Part shown: one piece after another, positions 41,822-56,500 of the stretch | Layout: each line of letters begins with the position of its first letter | Numbering within the stretch: position 1 is the first letter of the stretch | NCBI RefSeq assembly: GCF_009914755.1 | Contig: NC_060927.1 | From: the human T2T-CHM13v2.0 reference genome, Homo sapiens | Direction: 5' to 3' (one strand) | Length of the DNA: 64,000 bases | Made by a program: the position numbers and the translations under genes | Notes under the pieces: generated by a model | What the model was told of the DNA's origin: nothing | Database searches by the model: none | The model's input: only the letters and a program-made list of their open reading frames with translations

Positions 41822-44800
41822 GTTTTAGGCCTCCCCACCCCCACGGCCATCTGGCTAGTGTAGCCACTCTAAATCACACTCTCACAACCTACTCCTTTCA
41901 CCTGCCCGCTCCTGGATTTCCTGTCAGAATTTTACAGGATTCTGCTCAGCAATGCCCTCTTCTGCCTGACCAGGAGAGCTCTGAGCAAAACACTCATGGA
42001 CTTATTTGCAGAGACTGTAGCCATTCAACCAAGCCCAATCATGTCACAGGGATTTCCAATCTTTTCCCTCTCCCTAGATACTACAAGACCCACAAATTCA
42101 CAAATTCTGTCTGAACCAACTCCAGTCCAAGTTTGTGCCCAGAGCCTTCCAAGGAATGTCTAATTCTGAGGCCTGAAATTCCATGGCTGTTCCTTTTTCT
42201 GCCCCAACCCTGCAGCCTTCACCCTGTGGAGAGGGAAGATCCAGCCTGTTTCCAGTCCCAGAAAGCCCTTCCATGGTCTGCACATATAGGCCCAACAAAT
42301 GCTAGAATTAGATCCCCCAGCCCACTGCCAGAGGCCAGGGAAGCTGACCTGCTTCCTCCCTGGAAGAGGGTAGAACAAAAGGAGCCTGCACGTGGCTTCT
42401 GTCTGTCCTCATCCTCCACGACCCCGTGCTACCCCCACACTCACAGCCCTCTTGGAGCTCCCCGCACCCCCGCCATCCACAGTGCCTCCCCCAGAAGATG
42501 GGCCCAGGCCTGGGTGCTTTCCTGCAGCCCTGGACCAGAATCAGCCTGATCTATGGGCTAGGGTTTTTGCAGCCAAAAAGCCTAAATCTCTAGACCCCAG
42601 TCCAGGAAGCCCCAGACCACAGTCAGGGGCCATGGGAGGCTGAGCTATGAGGACAACCAAAACCCACAGTGGGATCTTGAGGGCTCCGGGGCTTCCCTGA
42701 AACATAGCTGTGAGTGGTGGCGCGTCTTGGGATGAGTAGGGGCAGAGCTGCTGGTGAGGCGGGGGACCTATCTACCCCCACACCTGGAAAAGGAGGAGTG
42801 TGCTCCATATGGGATTCTAGTCTTGGCTCCAGATCTAGATATTCAGCAACGTTTCTGGCTTAAGGGTACCCTAGAGCCCATATCCCCTAGTGTTGAACTG
42901 GAACTTATATCATCAATGGCTCAGGCAGATAAAACAAAATCTGACACAAAGATCGCAGGGGCCCGGAGAGCCTTAGAGTTTGTAACACCTGCTTTACCTC
43001 CAGGAAGACAGCCCTTTCTCCGGAGTCTCACCCTGATCAGAGCCTATTACAGGCGTTCCCAAATGCCCACTGGGATCCACGCTGCCCTCAGATGAGGCTG
43101 TGGCTGGCTGGGAAGCTGCTCGTGCTGTGCAGACAGAGCCTGAGTGAGACTGACGTTGGAGTGCCGCCCAAGAGAGGGTCCTTTGCCATGGGAAGATCCT
43201 GGAGATTTGTCCTGGCTGTAACAGTTCCCTGTAAGAGCCCTTGCAGTGCAGAAGCCAGGAAGAGAACTGAGAAGGTCAAGCCCGTCAATTTCACCCTCCA
43301 GGCTGGCAGTGCTATTGTTACTAGGTTAGAGGTGTTTCTCCTGGAAGCCCCTAGAACCTTCCTGGAGAGTAAGTACTTGGCAGGTGGGGAAGACATCCAC
43401 CCACCTCTATCCCAGCCTAGCTTGGAACTCTGCTTCTGACACCCACAGACTGATTTTCTGATCCCACACCCAGTGACCATAAGGCCCAGGAGCTCAGACA
43501 GAGGAGATCTGGGCCTTGACATTGTATAGGCTTGAGCCCACTTCATCTCTCTCAACCTCAAGCCTCATCTTGAAAATGGGGCGATAACAGCACATGCCTC
43601 ACAGGGTTGTTGGTCTTTAGCTAAATGCCAGGAAACTTTCTCAGAAACAGTAGACTTCAGTGCCGATTTTCTGACTCTAATTCTGAAGGTTAATCCTGGG
43701 GAGAGAGTACAGGCTTCACAGAGTCAGCACAACTGTCCTCTGGGTTTTGCAGGAAAGGCCTGGAGAGTCCCCCTGGGTTACTTTTAAAGATTACGTCTAT
43801 ATGATGCATTCTATTCTAGAGAAATGTGCTGGGTTTTAACAACTGGGACATGAGGCTGGAGGCCAGAATTTTTCCCCTAGGTCTGCCCCAAAGCTGCTGA
43901 GTTAGCTGCTTTGTGATTCAAAGTTCCAGTCCAGAGAAAAATACCAATTACTTCTCCTCTTTACAACTCACCGTATGATAACAAAAATCTTTCAAAATGT
44001 ATGAAAACTTACAGTTTCTAAGTCCTTTTCACACCCAGGATCTCCTCCGATCCTCACAACAATCCTACAAGGTTGGCAAGCCAGGATTTTGTCCTCTTTT
44101 CATCGGGGAGCAGCCTGTAGCTCGCTCAGGAACCTACAACCCCTTGGCGACAGAGAGGCAGGCCCAGAGTACACATTTCCTACTTGCATCCACTGTTCTT
44201 TGTCTTTCTTCTTTCATTTCAAACTGAGACATTGATTTCGAACTTTTGCTACAGTCCTGTCTTTTGCAGTATGGTTCATCACCTGCATTCAGCATCTGTG
44301 GTTAGGCTACTCAGAAGTCACTCATGCATGTCCTGGGAGACTGGCCTGGAGGGTGTCTCCCTGCACCCTCTGCACTGAGCAGTGCTGTCCAGGGCTCAGG
44401 AGGCCCGAGCCTCAACTTGGATAGGAGAACATAGCAGTGGTCTGGAGCTATGGCATATTTTGGGAAGAGGTTCATGAGAGAATTGGTAGAGAGAGACTAG
44501 AAAGCCACTTTGAAAGAAACAGTGTTGAGCATGTGGGAGGGAAATGGGTCCCTGTTAGTGGTTCTTGGTTTATTTCTTCCATTTTTGCCTCTGTTGTTCT
44601 AGGATATAGGAAGGAGACTAGAAGAAAAGGGCTCTTACTAGAGGCTTTGTGCCTTTGTTTATGCAACCCAGATACTGTAAGAGGCAAGGAACATAACCGG
44701 ATTGATTTGTGAAACATATTTAATGTTTGAATTTTTATTAAAGTAATACATACATGTGGTTAAAACAGGCACAGACACAGCACGTGTATGCTCTCCAGGT

Positions 44801-45258
44801 AGTGGTTTTCTGTTTTCAGATGGGGAAGGTACCATTTTCAGGTAGGATGCCTGAGCAAAAGCTTCAGCTTGGATTAGATTGACTTCACCCCAAAATCAAA
44901 TATTCCAGAAGGAACATAACAAAAGGCAACAGTTTTTGGATTCATGCCCTTCGCATCACTTCAGAGGCAATGACTGTCAGCAATTCTTGCTCGAGGTTTT
45001 GCTGTGATTATGTCCACAAGTGGAGATTGTTAATATTACTATTAATGGTTTTTAATAATATGATTATTATGATTATTAATATTATTTCTTATTTTATTTA
45101 CTTTACTCAACAGCAAATACATATTGAGCACCTTCTATGTGCCAAGTCCTATTCTAGGCACTGAGGAACTTATATTGTCAATTCATCCCTTACTAAAATA
45201 GATAAGGATTTAACTCAGTTAAAATAGTTTTCCCTCCAAGTACAGTTATATCCTTAAT

Positions 45259-45870
<612 letters not shown>

Positions 45871-46249
45871 CTTAATTTCATTTTGAAAGAAGATATTTGA
45901 AAAAAATAAGGCAGTTTACTGGGGATGGCAATTATGATAGGAAGAAGAGATTTAGAGAGTCAGACACTGATTGTTTCGTAAAGGCAGGGGACTTTGATTA
46001 AAAAAGTGAAAGTAATTTTCTGAAATGTCATTAGAGGCCTAAGAGGACTATGCACAGTGAAACACCCTGAAGTGGGTGGTTCTATAGCACTGAGACACCT
46101 CAAGTGTGCTCTACCAAGTGTAGCTGGGGTGGCACAGATACACAGAGGCCTCTGACTAGGATGCCCAGGGGCCTGGAGAGGAAGCTGCTCATCTGCAGGA
46201 CTTACCCTTGGGAGGTTCCTGGGCTGGCAATGCCTGGGAGAAGATAACC

Positions 46250-46445
46250 CAGGATATAGTCAGAGGTCCTGGATTTGAGACCCAACTCTGGTACTTAATA
46301 GTTATTTGTTTCCTTGCCTGCCTAGACTCAGTTTTGTTATTTGTAAGTTGTCAATGAGACTAGCTTTTCTGTGTTGATGTGAAGATGAAATTATATATGG
46401 ATGCACTAACTGTAAAGTGCTATAAATTGAATGATTATTATTGGA
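46250..46445. mobile_element. MIR relic
   Basis: gtcagaggtcctggatttgag..ctcagttttgttatttgtaa..gtgaagatgaaatt..aaagtgctataaat. Confidence 0.6.
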
Positions 46446-47053
46446 GAGCATGTGCAAAGAACATCTAAATGAGATTTTATTCACTGTGCATTATTAATTT
46501 TCCTTTCTAAAAATCAGTGTCTCCTGCCACTAATTTATCATTATAATAATTCTTATTCATTTTAGATAATGAGAGAAATCACAATGATGCTTTCTGGTGG
46601 AATGACTCCTTTAGTTAAATAAATCTCCAAGTGCTTAAAGGTGAATTTCCCTCTGGCTTTAAGAGATTGATGGCTTATACTATCTTACAGTTAGTTGAAA
46701 AAAGTTCATTGTCCGTTTTAGCCTTGGGGAGTATGCTCTCAAACTGTAGTCACAAAATAATTTCACTCTGCTGTATAAGAAGCTCAATTCAAGTAAACCA
46801 AATTTATTGAAAACTTCCTCTTGCCAGGAACTATGTTAATGAAGGACCATTCAGAGATGAATGTGACCTTCACCCTACTATTTAGGGGCTCACTCTGGTG
46901 GAACAAGTAGACACACATACAAAATTCAGTGCAACATAATGAGGGATCAGTTCTAAAATAGAAGTATTATTTTGTGCCATTGGAAATGGAAGAAAGAAAA
47001 AGCTAATTCTGAACTGAGGGTATGTGGGACATACAAGTAGAGAAGGTACAGTC

Positions 47054-47594
<541 letters not shown>

Positions 47595-48359
47595 TAGAAC
47601 TTTGGCAGAATTAGAGAGGGAAGGGCCTGTTGGAGCAATGGAGAGCTTAGAGATTTTGGGGGGAAAAATCTTTTTGGGGGAATGGCAAGGGTCTGAAGCT
47701 TATTGGAAGACAGTCATGAACAAGCGGTCTGGAGCCAGACGAGTGCGGAGGACCCTTGAGAAACAGATGAGGTTTGGTTTTATTCTGTAGACAAAAGTGC
47801 CTTTGGAGGTGTCAGAGTAGATCAGATCAGAGCACAGCTTTTGTGAGAAAAGTGTGTCAGTCGTAAGCAAATGTACGGTGCCTTGCTTTCTTTTCCTGCT
47901 CCCCAGCAGGCTGGGTTTTAGGAAGGAAAGGCTGAGCAAAAGCTTAGGAAATGGATCTGACTGACTACTCCCACAAACCATTCTTGACCTTCTTTTGTAA
48001 ATACCCAATTACCTGTTCATTTCCCCAATTAACTCATCAGTGAAATCAAATCAATCATTATTAATTCTAACTTTAATAAACATTTTTTAGTTTACATATA
48101 TGATGCTCTTCCTCAAATCATAAATAACTGCATGATGTGTGTGAACTTTCCAAAGGTAGTTTAGGTGGAGAAAAAAATGACATTCAGTTAACAAGCTTAT
48201 CAGAAGCTGAATCATTACAAATGACAGATATTAAAAATGTAATTAGAATATATATTGTCTAGGAAGACATGCCATATTAATTAGGGGTAAAAAGCCTATG
48301 TTTCAGCTCTCAGAATATAAAGTTGAAAGAAGCCTGTGGATTAATATCCATAATCATGG

Positions 48360-48622
48360 GCAGCGTTGTAGCATGGTAGGTTAGCACAGCACTGTAGTGT
48401 CAGAGCACCTGAGTTAAATCCTGGTTCTGTCCCTGTGAGCTATGTGACCCCAGGTAAGTATATAATCTCACTGAGCTTTAGCTTACCCACCTGTAAAGGT
48501 TAGATGAAAACAGCATTCTATCTCAGAGTTGCAAAGACTAGGTGAGCTAATATATTAATAAGTAGAACTCTCAGAACAGTGCCTGCTGTATCATAGATGC
48601 TATGTAAGTATTACCTATCATT
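48360..48622. mobile_element. MIR, near full length
   Basis: gcagcgttgtagcatggtaggttagc..gctatgtgacccc..ctgtaaa..agaacagtgcctg..ctatcattatt. Confidence 0.75.
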
Positions 48623-48627
48623 ATTTA

Positions 48628-48924
48628 CTTTTTTTTTTTTTTTTTGAGACAGGGTCTTGCTCTGTCACCCAGGCTGGAGTGCAGTGCACAATCACAGCTC
48701 ACTGCAGCCTCAACTTCCCAGACTTAAGCTATTCTCCCACTGCAGCCTCCTGAGTAGCTAGGACTACAGGTGCATGCTGCCGTACTCAGCTAATTTTTGC
48801 ATTTTTGTAGAGCTAGGGTTTTGCCATATTGCCCAGGCTAGTCTCAAATTCCTGTGCTCAAGCAATCCTCCCTCCTTAGCCTCTCCAAGTACTGGGATTA
48901 CAAGTGTGAGCTACCTTGCCCAGC
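48628..48924 (-). mobile_element. Alu (AluJ)
   Basis: gagacagggtcttgc..cacagctcactgcagcctcaac..gctcaagcaatcctcc; TSD ctatcattatt. Confidence 0.92.
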
Positions 48925-50788
48925 CAGCTATCATTATTATTATTTATTTTCCCTTCACCTGCAAGGAAGAAGGGAACCCAAATGTGCTTGCGGACTTACT
49001 ATGTAACACTTTTATCATTATTTCCTCATTTAACTTAATATGCTCACTCTTTACATAGGTTGTTATTATTAACCAAGATTATATCTATAAGGAAATTATG
49101 AGGAATTAAGTGACCTTTGTGGGGTCACTCAGCCAGAAAGTGGCCCACTGAGATCCAGGATGATCTGGTCCCAAGTTCCCAGCTAGCACAATGAACTCCC
49201 TTATATTGAGACTGTTGTAGGCAAGAGTGATTGTTCCAGTTTACTATGACCAATTTGACTAGGCATGATGGATTATTAATGATGGGAATAAATATATTTT
49301 CCTTTCCTGTTTTATTTGCTGTAATATAAGCAGTGCAAGACACTTTAACAGACTGGAGTGCTGAGTTGCCTGGTGCTCCACAGATATGATTCATTGTCGG
49401 TTCCATTGTAGATACAGACTGAGACAGACAGGAGGCAGCCCAAGAAAACTAGTAACAGCCTCTTGCTGATACTTCATGACCCTAAGGGAGAATGAAGCAG
49501 CAACTGAGGTTGAAGAAAATCCACCTGATAGGTTTAGTCAGTGAATGATTACAACCGCTTACATGTGGAGAGCTGAATAGTCACAAAGCCCTTTCCCATA
49601 TTTACATATTCTCTACTCCTCATAACAACCTGAGATTGCTCAGGCAAGAATCATCACTGGGTTTGACTATTGAAACCAAGAAGGCCTGTAAGCAGCAGAG
49701 CGGATTTTGAACTTGGGCCTTTTCTCATTCAATTTTGCTAACTATCATAGTAGAGAAAAGAATGTCAACGTAAAAGGCAAAGTAAATAACTCTGACTTTG
49801 AGATGAACATAATGGGTATCCTTTAGATGCTGAGAAGGGTTTTATGGTTCTGTACTAGCACTGTTTGCCTTACGGTGATGTCTTTGCTCCTACAGAAAGG
49901 CTTAAGCTCAACCCTTTGGGGTATTAAAAAGAACAAAAGACTTGTCTCAGTTTTTATCCATTAAGGCAGGATCCGCTTCCACCTCCAGGAGTAGTTATGT
50001 TCTCCAAGGGGATCGGAGTGTGGGTCAGGGTTCAAAATCACTTCACATCTGATGTCAGACCTTGTTGTACCTCTATGCTTCTTTGATCCAAGTAGGAAGT
50101 AATTCTAGGAACTTCTGACCCAGTATTCTTGGTGGTGGTAATTTAAAAGCTTCATTCTTGGCATATTTGTGAGGGGCCCGTCCTGCTACACCCAGTCTCC
50201 CGAAGGAAGCAGCTGATTGAGTTCTCATCCTGCCTTTGTTTTTCTCTTTCAAGGAAAAATTCTTTGAGAGCTGAGTATGTCTACATCACACTGGCCTCGT
50301 GCCTTCCCATTCCAGACCCTAGATGACTGGTGAAAAGCAACGTTCTCTTCTTCAATTGCACGGTCGACTAATAGTGTGGTACTCTTCACCTGGGGAAATT
50401 ATTTCACACCAGTCTGGTACTTGGCTGGGCTTCCTTGTGACTTAAGTTTGGAAACATTCAGGGGTATACCTTTTCTATCAGTCAAAGCTAAAGTTTCTAC
50501 TTTTAGGAGAATTCTTTTCTAGCTCTATGTGGGATATTTTCCCCATGTTTATTATTTCCTTAATGGGGACACAAACTTCATCATGGTCAGGGAGAACTCC
50601 GATTTGATTACTTGCAGTGTGGGGTAGGAGAGAGTCAAGAGAAAGGGAACTTAGGCTTCATGTGCTGGTTAGAAGGGCACAGCAGGAGAGAGAATCAAGA
50701 AGATATTCGAAGTAGGAGGTGATTTTCCAGTATGCAAGAACAACATCTACATCTTGACAACAACTCAACGATATGTGGAACATGCTTC

Positions 50789-51585
50789 TGTTACCAGGGG
50801 TCTTTGCTCCCAGAGCTCCCAAGATGGTGGTGGGCTGCTTCCAAGATGGTGGCGGGCTGCTTCCAAGATGGTGGCGGGCTGCTTCCAAGATGGTGGCAAG
50901 CCTCGTATTCTCTGACGTGGGGTTCTCGGCCTCACGGATTCCAAAGAATGGAATCTTGGGCCATGCGGTGAGTGTTATAGCTCTATTAGGAGCCGTGGGT
51001 CACGGAAGAGAACCATGGAACCCAGTGACTAGTGTTCAGCTCGATTAGGACGAACCCGGACACTTAGCTGTGCAGGAACAATGACAAGCCTTTAGCCCGA
51101 TCAGGAGCAGCAGTGGGCGCCTTGCTGGATCAGGAGCACAGCGGACACCCTGCGGGATCCAGGGGGATGGAAGTCAGCGGTGGGTCTGTGACGGCGGCCA
51201 GCATCAGTGGGCGGCGAGCGAAAGCTCAGCTCCAGCCGTAACAAACAGGGACCAGAAGAGTGCAGTTGCAAGATTTAATAGAGTGAAAACAGAGCTCCCA
51301 TACAAAGGGAGGGGACCTGAAGGGGTTGCCATTGCCGGCTCGAATGCCTGTGTTTATATCCTGATCATTGTCTCTTCTGCTGTGCTCTCAGGCGATAGAT
51401 CATTGGCTATTTCTTTACCTCCTGTTTTTGCCTAATTAGCATTTTAGTGAGCTCTCTTTACTATCTGATTGGTTGGGTGTGAGCTAAGTTGCAAGCCCCA
51501 TGCTTAAAGGTGGACACGGTCACCTTCCCAGCTAGGGTTAGGGATTCTTAGTTGGCCTAGGAAATCCGGCTAGTCCTGTCTCTCA
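50789..51585 (-). mobile_element. HERV-W solo LTR (LTR17), full length
   Basis: Reverse complement begins TGAGAGACAGGACTAGC.GGATTTCCTAGGCC.ACTAAGAATCCCTAA, the LTR17 U3 start; TG...CA ends; 4-bp TSD cttc at 50785 and 51586; 797 bp. Confidence 0.93.
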
Positions 51586-52439
51586 CTTCTACCAAATGTC
51601 CAACAAAGGAAGCCAGTATAGATCCTAGCAGCCTGGCGGATTCTAGAAGCCTTCTTCGGGGACCACTATTTGAGGCTCAAGCTCAGTTACTGTACAGAAA
51701 AAGTAAAGAAGGTGGGTCCTAAGGCATTCTTGGGACTCTGAGTTGGCTCACCAACTCCAGCTGCCCACTCTGGGCAGGTGTTACTTAAACCCACATCTAA
51801 GTTCAGATCTCTCTTTTTTCTACCAGATAGCTCTCGCTGGTGGCTCTTCAACACTTCCAACACCAGATGTCTATATAAAGCTCTCTTACTTCCAGCCCAA
51901 AGTCTTCTGACTTTTGCTGTGTTTGCAATCTCTGCTCACAGCTCCACCTGCTTCACCCACCCTCCCAGGTAGAAACTTGAGGATTATTGCTAATTTCTCC
52001 TTCTCTTTTCTCCTGCACGCATTCTATTCAATCATTCTGCAGTCTTTGATCTTTCGATTCCCACCACAGCTGCTCTGTCTGATCCCCCATCGGTTTTTGC
52101 ATGCGTCACTTTAGCAACCTCCTAATAATATCCTTCTCTCCAGTCTCTCTTTTTAACCATCGATTATTCATGGAACTTCTTGAGCCACTTGTCTAAGGCT
52201 CAGCTCTAGTAGTTTTATTTATCTTCTGCAAAAATCAGGGTGATTCCCACTGCTGTTTCTTAGCATGTCATTTCTGGCAAACACTGACATTCTCATGGCC
52301 ATTCAAATTACTCCTATGTGTACTTTTCCTGTTCTTTTTTTTCTGATTAGGTTGTTCCATCCTCCTCGAATTCTCTTCTTGCATATCTCTGTCAAAATCT
52401 TTTTCAAGGTCCTGCTCAAATTCTACTTCCTTTGTAAAT

Positions 52440-52800
52440 AATATGCATTTATTCAATAAACAACTTACAAATATTTACTATGCACTCCTAGGCATCAGGC
52501 ACCATAGTAGGTACTGGCGAGATAGCCATGGATAAGAAAGACATTATTGCTCATAGTCTATTGTAGGAGTAGATTCCCAACAAACAAACACACAAATAGA
52601 TATTAATAGTAAGTTGTGCTATGTATTTTGAAGAGAAAGGACATGATGTCATGAAATAGAATGATGCAAGGACAAGGAGGAGGGGTTTGGAGTTAGGGAA
52701 GGTTCTCTGGAAGCAATATAAAGATGAATAGGATTTAGGCAGAGGGCAAGAAGGGGCAAATAGATGTTTGAAGGCCCTGCGGCAAGAAGGAAAGGGCCTT
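52440..52800. mobile_element. L2 relic(s)
   Basis: catttattcaataaac..tatttactatgcac..aggcaccatagtaggtactgg; an opposite-orientation L2-like stretch lies at ~51800-52430. Confidence 0.6.
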
Positions 52801-53129
52801 GCAATCCCTAAGGTCAGAATGAACTGTTCTGTCCCCTCTGTGTTCACAAAGGATTCTGTTTTCACAAGGACAGTCTGCTACTTATTTCATTAAAAAACTA
52901 GTTGGTTCAACAAGTATTTCTGTGTACCTGGTATGTAGGCACTAGAAGTAGTAGCAGGCACTGGATTTAGAGGTGAGCCAAGTGTCCCCATGCACCTCCC
53001 AGAAATCCAGTCTCCGTCACTTCAAGGCTTGGCATAGTACTGATGGAATAGGAGGAACCTAGGAAAAATGTGGACCTGCGTGTTCAGGAGCGTGTGCTTG
53101 TGTGATAACAAGATGAAGTGGATTCATAT

Positions 53130-53700
53130 TGGAACACTTATTACAAATGCTCCAAAACAGTCCCTACTCCTTTTCTGCAGGTCCTTCTGAAGACCAAGAA
53201 ACCTCTCACTGAGCAGCCTGCAGAGGCTGCAGGAGCACACACACAGTACTCCATTCCATTCCCTTGGATTCTTGGGCACAAACCATCCCCCTGGGATAGC
53301 AGACTTTCTTCCAGTTTCAAGTCGTTTGACCATGTTCTAGTCTGAGCTAATTTTGTAAGTCAAATTGCTTAAGAATGAATATGAAATCTTTGACTGAAGC
53401 CCAAATATATAAATACCCATCACATTTCCTTCCTCCCCAATTTTGCAATCATCCAAAAAAGCTGTTCATGTTGTCCAGCATAATTAGTTATTTATACACC
53501 CTCATGTGGTCCATTGTTCAGAATTAAATTGTCTGGTATACAGAATTTCTCTTGCAAGGCTTGTTTTGCCATTTTACTGCTGTTTGGAAGCTGTTTGTAA
53601 ATATGTCCTTGTAGAACCTTTTGGGATATGTCTGAGCATATCCAGGATTTGGGAGGCGATATAAGCCAATCCATATAAGCAAATATGCCCTGTGCAGGTC
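53130..53700 (-). mobile_element. Possible ancient Gypsy-like integrase relic
   Basis: ORF 53492-53674 peptide ..PPKSWICSDI..LQEKFCIPDNLILNNGP resembles the Ty3/Gypsy integrase core (PW..I..D; F.RFGIP..L.SDNGP). Confidence 0.4.
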
Positions 53701-54095
53701 TCAGACCACCCCCTGCCTTCTAACACAAAGACTACCAAGAATTATTCATCCTTTCCTTGAAGACCCAGGGGAATTAGAAGGAACACAAAAATAGACACAG
53801 AAAGGTAAAAGTGGAAATCATCTTGGAGATCAAGACACTAGATTCTAGTGACTCCATTTTGCACAAGGGGAAGCGGGTCCCCAGAAAGGGGAAATGAAAG
53901 GGACTGGTCTACAGCTTCTCGTGGGTTAGTGGCAGGGCCATGCCCAAATCATTGTCAGCTGAGTCCATGATGTTCCTACTAAACCATGAAGTGGACTGGT
54001 ACAAGACTTCTCCCAGGCATTTTCTGGGCTTGTTATTTGCTCCTGAATGACATGGTCCCAGGCTGCTACGTTCTCAGCTCTGGTACCTATGTATA

Positions 54096-54407
<312 letters not shown>

Positions 54408-54599
54408 CTTATTTTATAGCTCTTTGGTCTCCTCCCAGATGGCTTGGCAAACAGCGATTACTGATGAGTGTTACCCATCATGCAACAATTCTGCTCTCTT
54501 TTCTGTCACACGGTGGTCAGAGACTCCAGATAGTCCTCCAATTTAATGTAAAATGAGACTTGTTTTTGATTGAGGGTCTGAAGGACTCTGCTTCATGGG

Positions 54600-54770
54600 T
54601 GACATCCATAAATTTTATGTTCCAGCATATGGTTTATCTTGGTGAATGTTCCATGTGCCCTGGAAAGGAATGAGTATTCTGTTGTTATTGGGCAGAGTGT
54701 TCTACAAAGGTCAATTAGATTCAGTGGTTGTTTAGTTACATATCCTTGCTGGGTTTCCATCAACAAATTT
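54600..54770 (-). mobile_element. Old L1M fragment
   Basis: atatggtttatcttggtgaatgttccatgtgc..gtattctgttgttattggg.agagtgttcta..tcaattag. Confidence 0.7.
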
Positions 54771-56144
54771 TAATTTATAGACTTTGTAACATTAGCTTTG
54801 ATTGTTCAAAAGCATTTTTAGGGTTTCTTTTTATATAAGAGTACAAGATCCTGAATCTTATTTTAAAATGGGACTTTCTGGGTAACCAGGTTAGAGGGCA
54901 GCAGTGCGGATTTTTTGAATGATTGGGCAGATGGTGTGATTTGAAGAATCCAGAAATTCTTCTCTTAATGCACATATATGGGCTGTCAGTATGCTAACTT
55001 ACTACAAAGATCCTACATAAATTCCCCTTGGAATACGGCCTGTTGTTGTATCTAGGAAATATCAGGTCAGCTAGCCAACATCAGAACATTTAAAACTCAT
55101 TATCTTTCTGTGTTATTATTCATAAAGTCCCTAGATTTTCTACAATGAGGCCACATATTAGTGTTAATGAAATTTATTAGATTTTAAATATATTTATGAC
55201 TTTATATTTTTATTTTAAATTATTAAATATGTAACCATACAGAAAAGACATAACAGATGCCATGTACTCACCACCAGAATTCACAGATCCTAACATTTTG
55301 CCATATTTACTTCAGATCTCTTTTTTTCTTAAAATAAATTAAACGTAACACGCAAAGTAAAAGATTCCACCTTCCATTTCCTTTTTCCTCCCTCCTTCTT
55401 TCACTCTCAACCTCAACAGAGGAATCTACTCTCCTGAATTTAGTGGATATCATTCTCATGAATGTTTTTATACTTTCACTCCAAACAAATGTATCCACAG
55501 CAATTTATGACCGAGACTATTTCATGATATTTATTATTTTTTATAGTCAGAGGAAGGAAGACTCATCTGTCATCTTTAGAGGTCCTAGATCCCTTATAAT
55601 CTCAATTCCTTCCAAATGGATTTTGCTTTAATCCTGGTTTTTATGTTCTTTCTCTGGTGATCTACTTACCCAGTTTTATTTCCTCCTAGCTAACGTCTTG
55701 TCTTTATTTTGCCAGAAATGGTAGCTTGAACCCTCCTCCTATGAATTGGCCTTTCAGAGGCTGTGGTCTGCTCACCTTAGGCATTACTCACCCCAAATCC
55801 CTGTAATCTGGCCCCTAGTTAGTTCAACCCACCTGGCTCCTGCACCTGGATCTGTGAGTGGCCATAGCTGCTCTTGTCAGACCTGACCTGTCTGCCTCAG
55901 CATTCCAGCACCAACGAGGAGGTTCAGTGCCCATCCTGCCCTACCTGTCTGTTTAGATCTTCCATGTTTGGAACGTAACCCCGAGAGAGGACACATCCGG
56001 GGAAAGCTGAGACAGTGCTGGTGGAGATTGATGAGTGTGAGGATGATGATTGATAATAGGCAACATTCTTGAGTAATATAATCAAAATGGTAAGATCTAA
56101 GGTGTAACACAATACATTCAAAAGGTTTCCTTCAACATAATAGT

Positions 56145-56500
56145 AGCTGATTTTTATGGAGCACCTACTGTATATCAAGTCTGTGCTAGGCACTTTATAT
56201 CTTATTCCTTCTTAAAAATAACTACTTCACAGATGAGAAAGCTGAGGCATACAGAAGAAATGTGCTACTATGAAAATATTATGAGATTTAGAATAAGGCA
56301 GACTTGGGTTCAAACTGGCTCTACTACTTGCAACTTACACAGCCTTGGGCCAGTTTCTTAGCTGTCCTAAGCCTGGCACAAAATAAATGCTCAGTAATGA
56401 TGACTATTGTTATTGCAGAAGATCTGGGTTCTTGCCCAAGCTTACACAGCTAATGTACAGTAGAACTGGGATTTAAATCCAGATCTGCTTCTCTAAAACT
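56145..56500. mobile_element. MIR relics (nested or adjacent)
   Basis: gagcacctactg..acagatgagaaagctgaggc..gacttgggttcaaa..ttgcccaag..ctgggatttaaatccag. Confidence 0.6.

Noticed and set aside
42133-43561. Cluster of overlapping 110-157 aa ORFs on both strands
   Set aside because: Moderately GC-rich sequence has fewer stop codons; no recognisable protein similarity.
50225-50290. Strong-looking splice acceptor (cctgcctttgtttttctctttcaag)
   Set aside because: No convincing donor or reading frame; such sites are common by chance without transcript evidence.
50819-50897. Regular short repeats as a CRISPR-like array
   Set aside because: No unique spacers; it is a tandem repeat inside a retroviral LTR in a primate genome.
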